A stretch of DNA of 63,190 bases, filler included, from Streblomastix strix (taxonomy: Eukaryota): assembly GCA_008636045.1 (NCBI GenBank). It is 4 parts of 4 records of this genome, joined end to end, with 100 filler letters (N's around TTAATTAATTAA, not from the genome) between each part and the next. Parts side by side here need not be neighbours in the genome. Positions count along the whole stretch, not along the records: positions 1 to 15,742 come from SNRW01000944.1; 3 more parts are not named here. One strand, 5' to 3'. Made by a program: the position numbers and the translations under genes. The stretch's first letter is position 1. The number at the start of each line of letters is the position of its first letter. Below the pieces are notes generated by a model. That model saw only the letters and a list, made by a program, of their open reading frames with translations. It was not told the origin of the DNA and did no database searches. Below, in pieces: positions 1-13,102 of this stretch.

Positions 1-469
1 TGTTCAAATAACTCTTTTAAGTATTAAATCTAGAATGAACCATCAAAAATAATAAAATAAAAAATTTATTCAAAAATTTCAAACTTCATTATAAATTAAA
101 AATTTATTTATTAACCATACATTTTATTTTATATTTAATTTTTATTAATTTAGTTCAGTTTTCCATGATGATTGGTTTTGTTAAGCATCAGTTGTGTTTG
201 AATGATTGATTAAGAATGTACAGATTATACTTCATGGGCCATATTTACTATATTCATTTATACACAAGTTTATTGAAGTAGAAATTTGTGAAGTTTTTAT
301 AGTTGATTGAATTTGTTTTATTAAGTTATTATTATTTTCTTTATTGCTTACATTTTCATTATCGTTATATTTCATTAATATATTATGTTTTACTTCGATT
401 ATGTATTTAGATAAGCACAAATTGTGTTTATAAGAATTATTAATATAATATTGATTAAATATCATAGAA

Positions 470-1020
470 ATGTGTTACTTTATTCATATAAAGTCAAGTT
501 GGTTAAAGTAGATAGTAATAATTCAGTAATTGTTGTTTAAATTTATTTAATTTTTTGCTACAATTATTATTTTAATATTACCGTTTTATTTCATTAATTT
601 AGTATAATTTTCAATGATGATATATTTTATTAAGCTTTAATTGTGTTGATTCTGCCGATCTAAATATTTAAATTAATTTTGAAATAATTAAAATATTATT
701 AAAGTGATTTTTTCCTCCATTCTCTATTTTAATTGGATTATTTTGTTAATAAATCATTTTAAATCTTAAATTATTAAAAAATGTAATAAAAAATGATACT
801 AAAATGAATGTAGAAATAAGGAAATTTCAGAAATAATATACTTTTTATAAAATAAATTGTTAAGAAACAAAAAATTATTGAAATAAAAAAGATATAAAAA
901 ATATAATAATTTGAATATATTAAATTTGATTAGTAATTTATTATAAAATTTAAAGAAATATTATGAAATAAATGCATTGTATACGGAGAAAATTGAAATA
1001 TTGCTTAGAAAATTTAAAAA
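470..1020. repeat. ~550 bp AT-rich dispersed repeat, copy 1 (paralogue at ~12170-12720)
   Basis: Colinear blocks such as agtcaagttggttaaagtaga, taagctttaattgtgttg, gtagaaataaggaaat, ggagaaaattga and gcttagaaa recur in the same order at 12170-12720. Confidence 0.85.
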
Positions 1021-1300
1021 TTTTGAGACTTAACTGTATAGTAATTCAGACAAACACCGTTTTATTAAATACAATGAAATGAGTAAGGGTCATATCCTCG
1101 AAAAATAATGTGACGTGAATTACTTATTATTACTTTCCGTTCATTTATGCAGTTGAGTTGCTATTGTTTTTGATTATGTCTCAAGCATTCTCGCCGAACT
1201 GCTCTGTTTGCAAGGCATTGCGCTCGGATGTTCGATGTCCTGATAAAAAAAATAAATAAGAAAAATATTAAGAAACATAATTTATTTCTTTTGTTAAAAT

Positions 1301-1403
1301 TCTGTGTTAGTATGAATTACGATCTGGGTGAGTCTCAAACTCAACTAGTGGGTTCGAGCAGAACCAAAATCTTCATTCAAATCAACACCATTCTATTGGA
1401 TAC
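1301..1403. repeat. Internal complementary region (ICR) of the DIRS element
   Basis: 1301-1339 is the diverged reverse complement of 1022-1060, and 1335-1403 of 5270-5340. The two halves meet at gtctcAAActc, the predicted circle junction. Confidence 0.85.
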
Positions 1404-1419
1404 ATATCATTTAAGTATT

Positions 1420-1800
1420 TTCTGTGATGAGTTCTACCAAGATTCATCTTTTAACAATAACATGAACAACGGGTGATTATCCAACATCTCTACATTCTGA
1501 GAACATGCTTAAAGCTACACCTACATGTGTTCGAATCTTCCTTAATTCATCTTACTTACTTTTATCAGATTGTTTCTCCCTCCATGAAAGGCAGCTATCT
1601 AAAATCACGTCCGTTCTTCTTTTCAACAATTCGGCCAATTAAAGTTTTTTCTTTTGCAGGTAGGTATTAAAAAGGTCCCGACCAGAGATACTTTTGTTAT
1701 ATGTTTCTTGACTAATTGAATTAATCAAGTTACTAGTGGTGACTTCATCAAGTCCGACGTATTTGACCATCCGTTTGAAAGGCTTTTCTCCCTAAATATG
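1420..1800 (-). pseudogene. Probable N-terminal remnant of the tyrosine recombinase ORF; catalytic part apparently deleted
   Basis: Expected position between the MT domain and the ICR, but only ~380 bp remain and no R/HxxR/Y motifs are visible. Confidence 0.4.
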
Positions 1801-4116
1801 CTTATCAGTCTAACGTCTATTATTTTTCCAAGTGGTAGTTGAAGAATCAAATTATCCATTGTCTTCCTTTTCTCCAGAACTTCATCTGCCAATCGCAATA
1901 CAACTACATTCTCTGCCATTCCCTTCATCAGTTATTCTCATATCTGTTTTTTCCAATCTGGTGGAATTATCACAGCTTCCACACCGTCCTTCTATACTTT
2001 AACAAGAGTTCTAAGTATCTGCGGAATTGGTGGATGTAGCAATGGCGTAAGGATCTGGTAACAATCTACAATATTCGTCTAAACGTTTGTTCGTTTGAGT
2101 CGTGAAGGCGTAGAGCAATAGATTCCACTCCCATTCCGCTTTTGCTGGGTAAAGATACTCTTTTTTCACTGTATAGCGTCGTTTTCTAGCTTGGTGACTT
2201 AACGCATCCGCTTTCCTGTTCTATATTCCCGGAAGGTATTGTGTTATCAATTACAGAGCCTAATCTACTGCTTCTTATCTGATCTTCATTGCATGTTGAA
2301 GCAATTCGCCCATTGCCATCCATTTCCTTATCAAAAATTCTGTAATCGCGTTATCCGTTCGTATAACAAAGAAGATATTTCTTTATATGAACGCTCTTAG
2401 CTTCCTCATTCGCATCAGTATAGCTGCAAGTTCTTGCTGATTAGATGACATGAGGTTTCACGCTCATCTATATTTATCTAATGCAAGTGCTTCTTCTTAT
2501 CCTGTTGTTATCATCTCCAGAACAGCTCCCCAACCCGATTCTACTGCATCCGTTATCATTCTCTACATAGGTTCCCTTTGCTCGAATTCTCTCGGATTAT
2601 TCAGTTTGATTTGCTCCATTTACCAAGTCAGATAGCCAAAAATTCTTTTTGTTAACCTAATCTTCTCATTCAATCCGTATCTCTTCATCTCATCTGTTTT
2701 CAACTGGTTTATTGATTATAGGTGTAGTGATACACCCACAATTGATGTTCTCAGAAAGTTTAATTCCACAAAGATACTTGCAATTTATATAGTCTTCAAT
2801 AATTGTCTCTTATCTATTTTTATTTTCCATAGTCTGATCTTCTCTTTAAATTAGCCATTTTTCATCACAACGAATGGTCCATAAATTTCTTTGTAATTTA
2901 ATTTAAAATAATTTTTGTAGTAAAAGTCACAAATTATACATACGTCAAAACAACCTGGACATAAAATAATTTTTTTAAATTAATTTTTTTTTGACTTTAC
3001 GATCAATGATGCAATTTAAATTTGTATACTATTTTTAAAATTGTGAATGATAATTATATTTAATTATATATAAATTCAGTCAAATTTCAAACTTATAAAA
3101 AAATAAAAAATTTAAATTTTTAAATTTTTAAACAAAAAAATATTTTATGTCCAGGGAGTTTTGACATATATATAATTTGTAACTTTTACTACTAAAATTA
3201 TTTTAAATTAAAATATAGAAAAATTTATAGACTATTGGTTGTGATGAAAATTGCCAAGTTATTTCCGTCTCTTTGTAGGAATCTCCAATTCCAGATTCAT
3301 CGATTTCCATTTCCACCCTAGAAATTCGAATATTATCAGTGGAATTACACAGCATTTTGCTAGTTGCATACTACAATTGAGACTTCTCATGAATTGAATA
3401 TCATCCTTCGTGTCTTATACTAATTGTTTTTTATGCTAATTTAGAAGGAGAAAGTCGTTTTAGTAGTTGACAACTTTAATTCTAAATTTGATTCTTATTG
3501 ATTTGACTATTTTATTCATTATTGAGCAGCTTTTTTTTTGTATACTTTTGTTCCAGCCGAATGGCATTGCTGAATAGGTATATGCCTTTCGATGATATTT
3601 GAAACAGAGGAATCATCGTAGTTCCTTAGATGTAAGGATATGATGATACACTTTTTCTACGTCTAGCGTTGTCACATAGTCTCTTTTCTTCATTATTTAC
3701 TTCATTGAAATCATATTATCCATTTTGAAATGAGCAATTTGAGTTTATTGGTTCAGTTTACGACAGTCTAAAACTATTCTTCACTTGGTTCTCTTTTTTG
3801 GACTGACATTTGTTGGATTGAAATGGGTTATCTTGTTTTCAGGAACTTATTTGATTACTCCAAGTTCCAATTCTATTCGAAGTTCCTCTTTGAATTTCTG
3901 ATTCTCGACATAATTCATTACCATTTTTTTATGAATGTTGGTATTTTCTAGATTATTCAGATAAGTATTTTCTTTCCAGGAAGCGCCGGCTCCTTTTAGG
4001 ACTATTTTGGTAGCTTCCATTACATCCAAATGTGAGATTCTATTGATTAATCTTTTTGGGTATGGTTCTTCTACACTCGGGCAAGCAGACTCCATCAAGA
4101 CCTTTGTTATCGCCAT
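1780..4116 (-). pseudogene. DIRS pol: RT, RNase H and Dam-like methyltransferase domains, with frameshifts, TGA stops and a MITE insertion
   Basis: With TAR=Q: PKKRTK*RIVLDCRKLN, HFKMDN, DYVTTLDVEKVYHHI, YSAMPFGW, VVNYQND (decayed YxDD), FEFLGWKW; RNase H ITDAVESGWGAVL, SSNQQELAAI, IRTDN, YLPGIQNRKADALS; MT-like AFTTQTNKRLDEYC and PDWKKQIW-like segments. Confidence 0.85.
2854..3255. mobile_element. MITE-like non-autonomous DNA transposon (402 bp, ~115 bp TIRs, 6-bp TSD) inserted in DIRS pol
   Basis: 2854-~2968 and ~3141-3255 are inverted repeats. Flanks are AAATTA (2848-2853) and AAGTTA (3256-3261). Removing the element plus one TSD restores the frame RKQL|KEKIRLW. Confidence 0.85.
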
Positions 4117-5462
4117 CGTAGGTCAAATAAAGTGCATAACGCACTGCTGACTCAACGTCTGTTTTATTGTCACTTGAAATTTATTATTCTTCAAAAGAAA
4201 ATGGATCTGAACTTGCTTACAATTCATGATCACGATCCTTCTATGTTTATTTCTTATTTTGAGCAGGAATTGAGGTTACCGTAGTCTCCATATTTTCGTA
4301 TCTGCGGCGATGCTTGGCGAAAAATGATTTAATATATTATGTGCTCTCTTTTATGAAAGTTGAGCACCAAAATGTTACGAATAGAACATTGGTGTGTTTG
4401 TGTATTCAAATCTCTATGGCCAACTATAGAAAGGCTAATTGTGCTGAAAATTAGACACAAACAGGGCGAACTTCGGTTATTGAAAATCATAGTATCTTGC
4501 AAATCTTATCCCTCATCCAGTGTTCACAGGTTGCCGTTATGATTAATTACTATTTACTTCTCTGGAAGTATTGAATTATATATTGTAATTCTGACTTTTA
4601 TTCAATTTTGCATGTTTCTTTACTTGTTTGACTTTATCTTTTAATTCTTTTCGTAGTAAAGCTGTAATCGACCCATTAGGTTTCAGTACGTTCTTTGCTT
4701 GTTCCGGGACTACGCTAACCTTGCGGCGATTCTACGAATCTCCAGCCACTTTTTTCAAAGCGTGATATTCAAACAACATCGAATTCATACACATTCCCTT
4801 ATCATTACCAGAAAGCTTGGCTAAACCTGCCTCAAGCATCTTCATTCCATAAATTGCGAATACTTGAGTTTCTCATTCAAACGGGTAGTTGGCGTCTCCA
4901 GCTACGATGGGTGCTTATTTATCCTCATATAAAAAGGGCTTTATTGACGATTCTCGGCTATTGATTTCATTGGGGGTCCCTTCTTGTGCTCTCTCCCCCG
5001 TTTATTTTTCTTTCTTTTTTTACTCCTATTGTACTTTATCTAAACATTTTTTTATAAAGGACTTAGCCATGTTGTATCCTCATCTTCAAGTAAAAGAACA
5101 AAATTTGCGTCTTTTTCAACGATTGCTCACCAGCACGATTCTCGTCGTTGTTAATCTGGGTTATTTTTCTCATGAAGCTCATAGTTGATATTCAGATCGC
5201 CGCTCGGGTTACCCGTAACAACCAAAACTCATACACATTTTTCGTGGATCTGACCCTTACGCATTTTATTGTATCCAATAAAACGGGGGTTGATTTGAAT
5301 GAAGGTTTTGGTTCAGTTTGAACCCACTTGTTGGGTTTTAAAGAAATTCATTAAACACATCGAACTCTACTATTTACTTATCCTTTTTTATTCAATATTT
5401 TTTATTCAGATAATTTTTGATACATTTATTTATAAATAGACTCTATCATATATATATAACAG

Positions 5463-6236
5463 CTAAAGAGGAGCTAGTTCCTGATGTCTTCTATACACTA
5501 CCTGATAAAATGCGAGTGAAAGTTCGCAACTCACTCGAAGAAGGAGAGTCGGTTCTTGACGATAAAGAAGAAGTTGAAGCTTCACTTGCGAACACTAAGA
5601 ATATACTTATAAACGAAGAAATTGAATAACTTAAAAGAAATGATGTTATATTTATGACAAGTTTAAATGATAGAGGTAATAAAAAAGGCCTAAACTTAGG
5701 TAGAAATATAGAAATTTCAAGGGTAAAGCTTCGCAGAGATTGAAAGAGAATTGATTAATGAGAGACGGATCATAGAAAAAGCCATAGATGATGAAGAAAA
5801 TAAGAGAAAGAACAAAATAATTGGAGCCAGCCAACTGATGATGATGAATTACGATGAGGAGCGGCAGGCTGTAGCTGATAGCAAATAGACCAGTAAAGCT
5901 ATTACAACCACTACATACAATTATACTGAATAGACACAGACAGTTACACAGACAGTTACATAGACTGGATAAAGTACAGGAACAATAACATAGACAAGTA
6001 CACCACAGCAAAGACGAACTGTAAGTGGGTATCCGCCCACAAATGCAAATTCAACCGCATCACCCAATGTAGTTGCAACACTGAACTAACCACTCAGAAG
6101 GAAGAAGCTATCTGATACAACAAATACTTCATCCACTGCCGCTGGTCCACCAAAACGTGTTGTAGGTGCAAAGAAGGACATCACAATCAGAGGACCTGAA
6201 GGTATCATGCGGAGCGCGTCACAGTCGAAACTCTGA
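5463..6236 (+). CDS. 3' part of a hypothetical gene: coiled-coil then Thr/Gln/Ser-rich tail, one apparent frameshift near 5650
   Basis: Reads KVRNSLEEGESVLDDKEEVE..., then ...AEIERELINERRIIEKA...TQTVTQTVTQTG...GPEGIMRSASQSKL* (TGA 6234-6236). Confidence 0.5.
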
Positions 6237-6616
6237 GTACGTGTAATAATTATAACAATTGTATTAACAGTAATAAACACAATCTTATTTTTATTTAAAT
6301 GGAGAAAAATAATTTTTTATTGACTGTTTCTTAATTAGTTTAAATAATTTTATTTATCAAATATTCCTTATGGGTGTTTTTGAGTGGATTTTGCTCTTAT
6401 AATGAAAAGTTCTGATTAATCATTGCTATTCAACTATTTTCATTTTCCTAAGATGAATAAAATAGAATCAATTTCTATCATTCTTTCATCAACTGCATTT
6501 GTAAGTAGCAAAGGATATTAATAAGGAAAGAAATTGTTAGTAATATTTTGATTTTACATAATAAAATTAAAAATAGGATCATTATTTATACTAAACTTTT
6601 TATTGTATACAGGTAT

Positions 6617-6760
6617 AAAAATAGTGTTATTAATATGAATCACAAAAATAGTGTTATTAATATGAGTTTCAAAAAAAGTGTTATTAATATGAGTTACAAA
6701 AAAAGTGTTATTAATATGAGTTACAATATTTCTGTTATGAATAAAAGATACAATAACAAT
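6617..6760. repeat. 27-bp minisatellite, about 5 copies
   Basis: Unit close to aaaaatagtgttattaatatgagttac repeated in tandem, degrading towards the 3' end. Confidence 0.85.
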
Positions 6761-6894
6761 GTCATTTATCTAAACTAGAATAATTATACAATAAAATAAT
6801 AAATTAAATAAGTGGTCACGGAGTGTAGTATAGTGCATCAGAAGTGCTTTCTTTATTACATAGTGTTTGTAAAGTGAATTATTTAAGTTCTAAA

Positions 6895-9800
6895 TCATGT
6901 CTTTAATTCAGGGTCCAAAGGAAATTGATGTTGTGGTAATTTCTTTACAGATTTGCTATTCACTCTAATCAATCTTCTAGGTGGCTTAATTTCAACGGAT
7001 TAATTAACTTGAGTGTTCAAGTTTATTCCATTTTCATCTGGTCTGGAATATAAACTTTTGTAATTTTCGGATTAAGAAGAAGGAGAAGAAGTTAATGGGG
7101 AAAATTATTATGATTAACTTGTTTGATCGGGTAATTGATTAGTTCTTATTTGTATCTTGTTTGATGATGGCTCAGTTATTGAATCTAAATCAGAAAATTA
7201 TTGTTCGTACGGAGTTGAGAATTGCTCAAATGGCGATAGGATTGAGTTTTATGGAACCATGATTGATGGTGTTGCTGATGGTGTTTCTATTTGTATAGAA
7301 GATGTTTATTTATTTGGAGTCGATAACATTTCATTTGATGCTTACTTTGAAGAAGAAGAAGAAGAAGAAGAAGAACTATTTTATTATTATTCATTTTTTT
7401 CAGCAATCTTTTTTGGTTTCATTTGATATTTTATGAAACAATAAATGATTATAATTGATGATCCAACAATGACAAGCGTGACAAGAACAATAATAAAAGT
7501 ACCCCACCATGCAAAATTTGATTTCTATTGAGGATCCGAAGGTGGATCTAATTTTTCCTCTGGAGTGATATCTATTTCTTCAGATTTTTGTGGTTAAATA
7601 TCAATCTCACATTGTTACTTAGTATATGAATTATCATTATTCAATGGACATGCACAATTAGTTGGATGATTATTATTTGTGCATTAGCATCCTTCTGATG
7701 GAGTTGTATCAGAATTACATGGAGATAGCTTATCATATTCACATTATGTTTTGGTATATGTTGGATCTAAATCATCAGAAGGACAAATGCAATTTGGTTC
7801 ATCTCCTGTTCCTGTGCATTAGATTAGAGGATTAGCTATTTCTTTTTCTTATTCACATTTCATTTACGTATATTCAGAATCATCATCATTCAATGGGCAC
7901 TTGCAATAACTTGGATAATTAGCAGTAGAACATTTGCATCCTCCAGTTGGTTCTGAATCTCCTGAACAAACTGGTAGTTTATCGAACTAACATTATGTCT
8001 ATGTGTATTAACCATCATTATTCAATGGGCATACACATTGATCAGGATGTTTATCGGTTGTGCATTTGCATCCTTCTGATGGAGTTGTATCAGAATTACA
8101 TGATGATAGCATATCATATTCACATTGATCTTTAGAATATTCATCATCATTATTTAATGGGCACTTGCAGTAGCTTGGATAATTATCAGTAGAACATTTG
8201 CATCCTCCAGTTGGTTCTGAATTTCCTGAACAAACTGGTAGTTTATCAAATTAGCATTATGATTTGGTATATGTTGGATTTAAATCATCAAATGGACATG
8301 CACATTGAATCGGTTCACTTGGATGTTTGTCATGTGTGCATTTGCATCCTCCTGTTGTTGTAGTTGTATCTGATTCACAAAGAGGTAATAATGAATATTA
8401 CTTTTCAGCTTCGCACTGCGCTTTAGAATATTTAATATCCAAATTATTTAGTGGACACTTGCAATAACTTGGATAATTACTAGAAGAGCATCTGCATCCT
8501 TCAATAGGTTCTGAATCTCCAGAACAAACTGGAAGTGTATCAAACTAACATTATGTCTTTGTATATGTTTCTAAATCGTCAAACGGACATGCACAGTTAT
8601 CTGGATGTTTCTCATTTGTGCATTTGCATCCTTCTGATGGTGTTATATCACCTGAACAAACTGGTAGTTTATCAATTATACATTATGTCTATGTGTATTA
8701 ACCATCATTATTCAATGGGCATACACAGTTAGTTGGATGTTTATCATGTATGCATTTGCATCCTTCTGATGGCGTTGTATCAGAATTGCATGATGATAGC
8801 ACATCATATTCACATTGATCTTTAGAATATTCATCATCATTATTTAGTGGACACTTGCAGTAGCTTGGATAATTATCAGTAGAACATCTACATCCTCCAG
8901 TTGGTTCTTAATCTTAATTACAAACTGGTAGTTTATCGAAGGAGCATTATGTCTTTGTATATTAATCATCATTATTCAATGGACATGCACATTGAACTGG
9001 TTCGCTTGGATGTTTGTCATGTGTGCATTTGCATCCTCCTGTTGTTGTAGTTGTATCTGATTCACATGGAGGTAATAATGAATATTACTTTTCAGCTTCG
9101 CACTGCGCTTTAGAATATTTAATATCCAAATTATTTAGTGGACACTTGCAATAACTTGGATAATTACTAGAAGAGCATCTACATCCTCCAATAGGTTCTG
9201 AATCTCCATTACAAACTGGAAGTTTATCGAACTAACATTATGTCTTTGCATATGTTTCTAAATCGTCAAACGGACATGCACAGTTATCTGGATGTTTCTC
9301 ATTTGTGCATTTGCATCCTTCTGATGGTGTTGTATCACCTGAACAAACTGGTAGTTTATCAATTATACATTATGTCTATGTGTATTAACCATCATTATTC
9401 AATGGACATGCACAGTTAGTTGGATGTTTATCGGTTGTGCATTTGCATCCTTCTGATGGAGTTGTATCAGAATCACAAGGTGAGAGTTTATTATATTCAC
9501 ATTATGTCTTTGTATATTCATCATCATCATTCAGTGGACAAGTGCAATCATCTGGATGGCCTTATGCTGTACATGTGCAACCTTATTTGTTTCCGCCATA
9601 TTCAAATTCAGAGTCCCAGCATTTTCCATCAAGAGAATCTATGTTAAGATATCCACTATTGTCTGTAGGTTCTTAATAAATACTATAGAAAATACTTTCA
9701 GGATACTATGTTGTGCTACCTTCTAATAAAGATCTGTAATATTAAACTGGATCAATATCAGGATCTAAAATAGTATTTTTCTTTATTGAAACATCACATC

Positions 9801-11025
9801 CATAATTGTCAGATTATTCTAATGCTATATTATCCACAAACTTGTTGTTCTTCAATTCTATTGAATCAAAATCATAATAATCTATGTTAACTGAAGGATA
9901 GCCATTCCTATTAATGCAATTTGCGATTGTATTACCATTAACCTTCAATGTTTTTGTGCTTGGTTCTTATAAGTTAGAAATTGAAAATGCTCCACTTCCC
10001 TACGATTCACAATTCGTAAATTGGTTTCCAGTAATTTCAATTTCATAGTCGTTATCATTCATATATGAAACTTGGAAAGCACCTGAGTCGGATCCTGCAT
10101 TTATATCAGTAAAATTGCAATCTTTCAGTTTGAGTGAATTAATAGCAAAGATTAGCAATGGTACCATATTAGCATTTAGCCCACTGAAAGAGCATTAATC
10201 GAACATAACTTTATTATCAACCAATATGCCTACTATTCCCTATGAGCTCTTTACATCACTGAAAGAACACTAATCGAATATAACTTCATTAGCACCTGAA
10301 ATTAAAACTGCATATTCATTTATATCTTATGATTCCTATTCAATGACTAATCCTTTAAAATTGCAGTGGACAACAGTCAGAGATGGAAACATATCCGGTT
10401 ATCCTGCAACATAAATAAGTCTGCTATCGGGTGATATTCGAGTCGAATCGACGGAGTTCACGAAATATTAAAAGTCAATATTTTGAAGTGTTAGAGACCC
10501 TTAACTTAGGGAAATAATATCGCCATTTGTAGCTGAATCATCGAACTTCCACACTGTTTGCTAATCGCCAAATGTTGTACCCTAAAGAAATTGGTTAAAT
10601 AAAGTAATGTAATAATAAAATTAATAAAAGGATGATATGCAGACTTAGATAAAGATTGTCGAGTCTTAATCTACTTCTAATTTTTCCGCATGTTCAGTAT
10701 CTAAAAGAAATATGTCGTAGACATCAGAGCATGTTTCTAATAGAGCAAGAGTGACATTATTCTTAGTATTTGTCCCTGGAGTTTGGCTCACATCCCAATG
10801 GCAGGGTTCATTCGAGAATTTTTTAGGTTATGATTATGAGCTTTTCTACTCGACAAATTTATTTTCAGAGTTAGTAAGCTATGCAAATTGACTCTGCGTA
10901 TGATCTTTATTAAAGATTTGCGATGAAGCACCAACAGAAGTGTTGCCAAGGACGGCTGGGCGAGGTTTTCTAAATCCAAAAGGAAAACCAAAGGACAACG
11001 AAGCAAATACAAGGATGATTATCAT
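6895..11025 (-). CDS. Type I membrane surface protein (~1355 aa): signal peptide, beta-helix-like region, Cys-rich tandem repeats, TM helix, Ser/Gln-rich tail
   Basis: Starts MIIILVFASLSFG; one intron 10582-10644; CSFS/CNFT/NQFTNC beta-helix-like repeats; ~38-aa units GCKCTxxxHPxxCxCPLN at ~7600-9600; TM WWGTFIIVLVTLVIVGSSIIIIYCFI; TGA 6895-6897; spliced length 4068 nt is divisible by 3. Confidence 0.85.
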
Positions 11026-12169
11026 GAAAGATGCTCTGAAAGGAGAAAATTAAAACAATAATAAAATTTGTATAAATTGATAAGTAATGTTCCAAGATTA
11101 AAACTCAATTTATGATTATTTTGAAAAAAAAAAATCAATAAGTTAAATGAGATTATATAATTATAAATAAAAGAGTTTCGGTTTTATAAATCGAAATATG
11201 CATATATATTAGTCGCACGATTGTATTTCGTGTTTTTATGTCTGTTTAAGTGTATTTTGTTTGATTATTCGTCGGCAAATTCTTTTTAAAGATCAAAAAT
11301 TAATAAAACTAAAACGTATGCATATTTTATATATTATGTTATTCGAACATACATTCAAATGTAGACGGATAGCAAGAAATAAGAATTTTCAAACCCGTTT
11401 TGTCTTACTATTTCTTATAAATATTTTTATTAAAAAATTTATTTAAAAAAATATATTTTTGAATGTAACATAGATTTTTCAATTAATTGCAATTAAACTT
11501 TTAAACCTGCCATTGATCTTGAACGTGGAAGATAAATATATATAACTATGTGCTAATACTGGTTTAATTAAGTCAATACCGACATTAGTGAATGATCAAC
11601 CTTAAGCTTACATAGATAGTATATTTTGAAATTCTTTTTGTTGATCCATTTATGCAATAATTTAATTATATTTGGATGGTTTATTTTGTTGTTTTTGTCG
11701 TTGATCCATTTATTTTTTAATTTTATCTTATCTAGATGATTAATTTTGCTATTCTTGTTTATATGAATTGTTATATATATATAATTACTTTGATGAAGAT
11801 TATTATTTATTCATCTTTTAAATTTTCTATTCATATTGTTTGTCATCTGATTTTTCAATGAATCTTGTTTTTTTCTATTGTTTTGATCAAATAACATTTT
11901 ATTTCTAAAGTTTATTTAATAGCAAAGTATACAAACTTAAATTAAATATCAGTATTGAAAAAATTTTTGTAAATTTTTTCAATATGACAAATATAGATTG
12001 TCATCTTTATTTATTGTTCTTGGTCATTTGCAGTGATTTATATAATATATCATTTAAAATCTCAAATAATAAATTAAAATAAATAATTTTAAATAAAATA
12101 TTATAATAGTTTATGAGTAAATTTAAGAAAAAATAATTTAATATAATATAGTTTAAATATCTTATAAAT

Positions 12170-12720
12170 GTATTACTTTATTTATATGCAGTCAAGTTGG
12201 TTAAAGTAGAAAGTAATAATTTGGTAATTGTTGTTTAAATTTATTTTATTTTTGTTACTATTATAATTTTTAAATTATCGTTTTATTTCATTAAAATAGT
12301 TTAATTTTCAATTATGATATATTTTATTAAGCTTTAATTGTGTTGGTTTTGCCGATCCAAATGTTTAAATTAATTTTGAAATTCTTTTAAATGTTATTAA
12401 AATTATTATATCCTCCATTATCTATTTAAACTGGATAATTTTGTAAATAAATCATTTTAAATCTAAAAATATTAAATATTATAATAAAAGTTAACGATAA
12501 AATGAACGTAGAAATAAGGAAATGTCAGAAATTATATATTTTTTATAAAATAAATTGCTAGAAAACAAAAAATTGTTGAAACGGAAAAGATATATGAAAT
12601 AAATCAATTTGAATATTAAAAATTTAATTACTAATTTAATATTGAGTTTAAATAAATTATATAAATTAAATGCATAATATTTGGAGAAAATTGAGATGAT
12701 GCTTAGAAATACAAAAAATA
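12170..12720. repeat. ~550 bp AT-rich dispersed repeat, copy 2
   Basis: Colinear with 470-1020. Confidence 0.85.
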
Positions 12721-13102
12721 TTAAAATAATTCGTTTGTATCTATCTCCATTGGAGATTCTTGCCTCATATCTTTATTTTGAGATTGCCTAATGGATCGCT
12801 AGCACTTGGTGCTCCGTTGAGCTGCCCATCCTTATGGGTCGGCCATGTGTAAAAATTCAAAAGAAAACGTTTAAAGTTATTGTTTGAAGTGCCGATACTG
12901 GTTTTCTGTGACTAAAAAGGTCCCAGGCGAGGCGATAAACAAAAGAAATCTAGAGATTTGAGAGTAAAATATTAAAAAGAAACCTCTTCCCCTTAGTTTC
13001 ATCTTGTAAGAGTTAGGAAAAGAGAAATTTTATTCTAAAATTGTGTATGATATTTATAAAAAACCTCAGACTGACGCATTCTCATTTATGACTTCTCATT
13101 AA

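Larger units (their letters stand above)
1022..5338 (-). mobile_element. DIRS1-type tyrosine-recombinase retrotransposon, both ends present, internally decayed
   Basis: Inverted terminal repeats (~1044-1115 vs ~5225-5300) and an internal complementary region at 1301-1403. Minus-strand RT, RNase H and methyltransferase-like reading frames lie between them. Confidence 0.9.

Noticed and set aside
4140..5200. Expected gag-like ORF of the DIRS element
   Set aside because: The position fits, but no motif could be recognised in the fragmented frames, so it is not listed as a separate feature
6548..6778. ORF with repeated KxSVINM units; CRISPR-like periodicity considered
   Set aside because: A plain 27-bp minisatellite without unique spacers; no cas genes and a eukaryotic context
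11460..12420. Gln-rich minus-strand frames associated with the dispersed repeat
   Set aside because: Frames are broken by TGA and I could not build a consistent gene model
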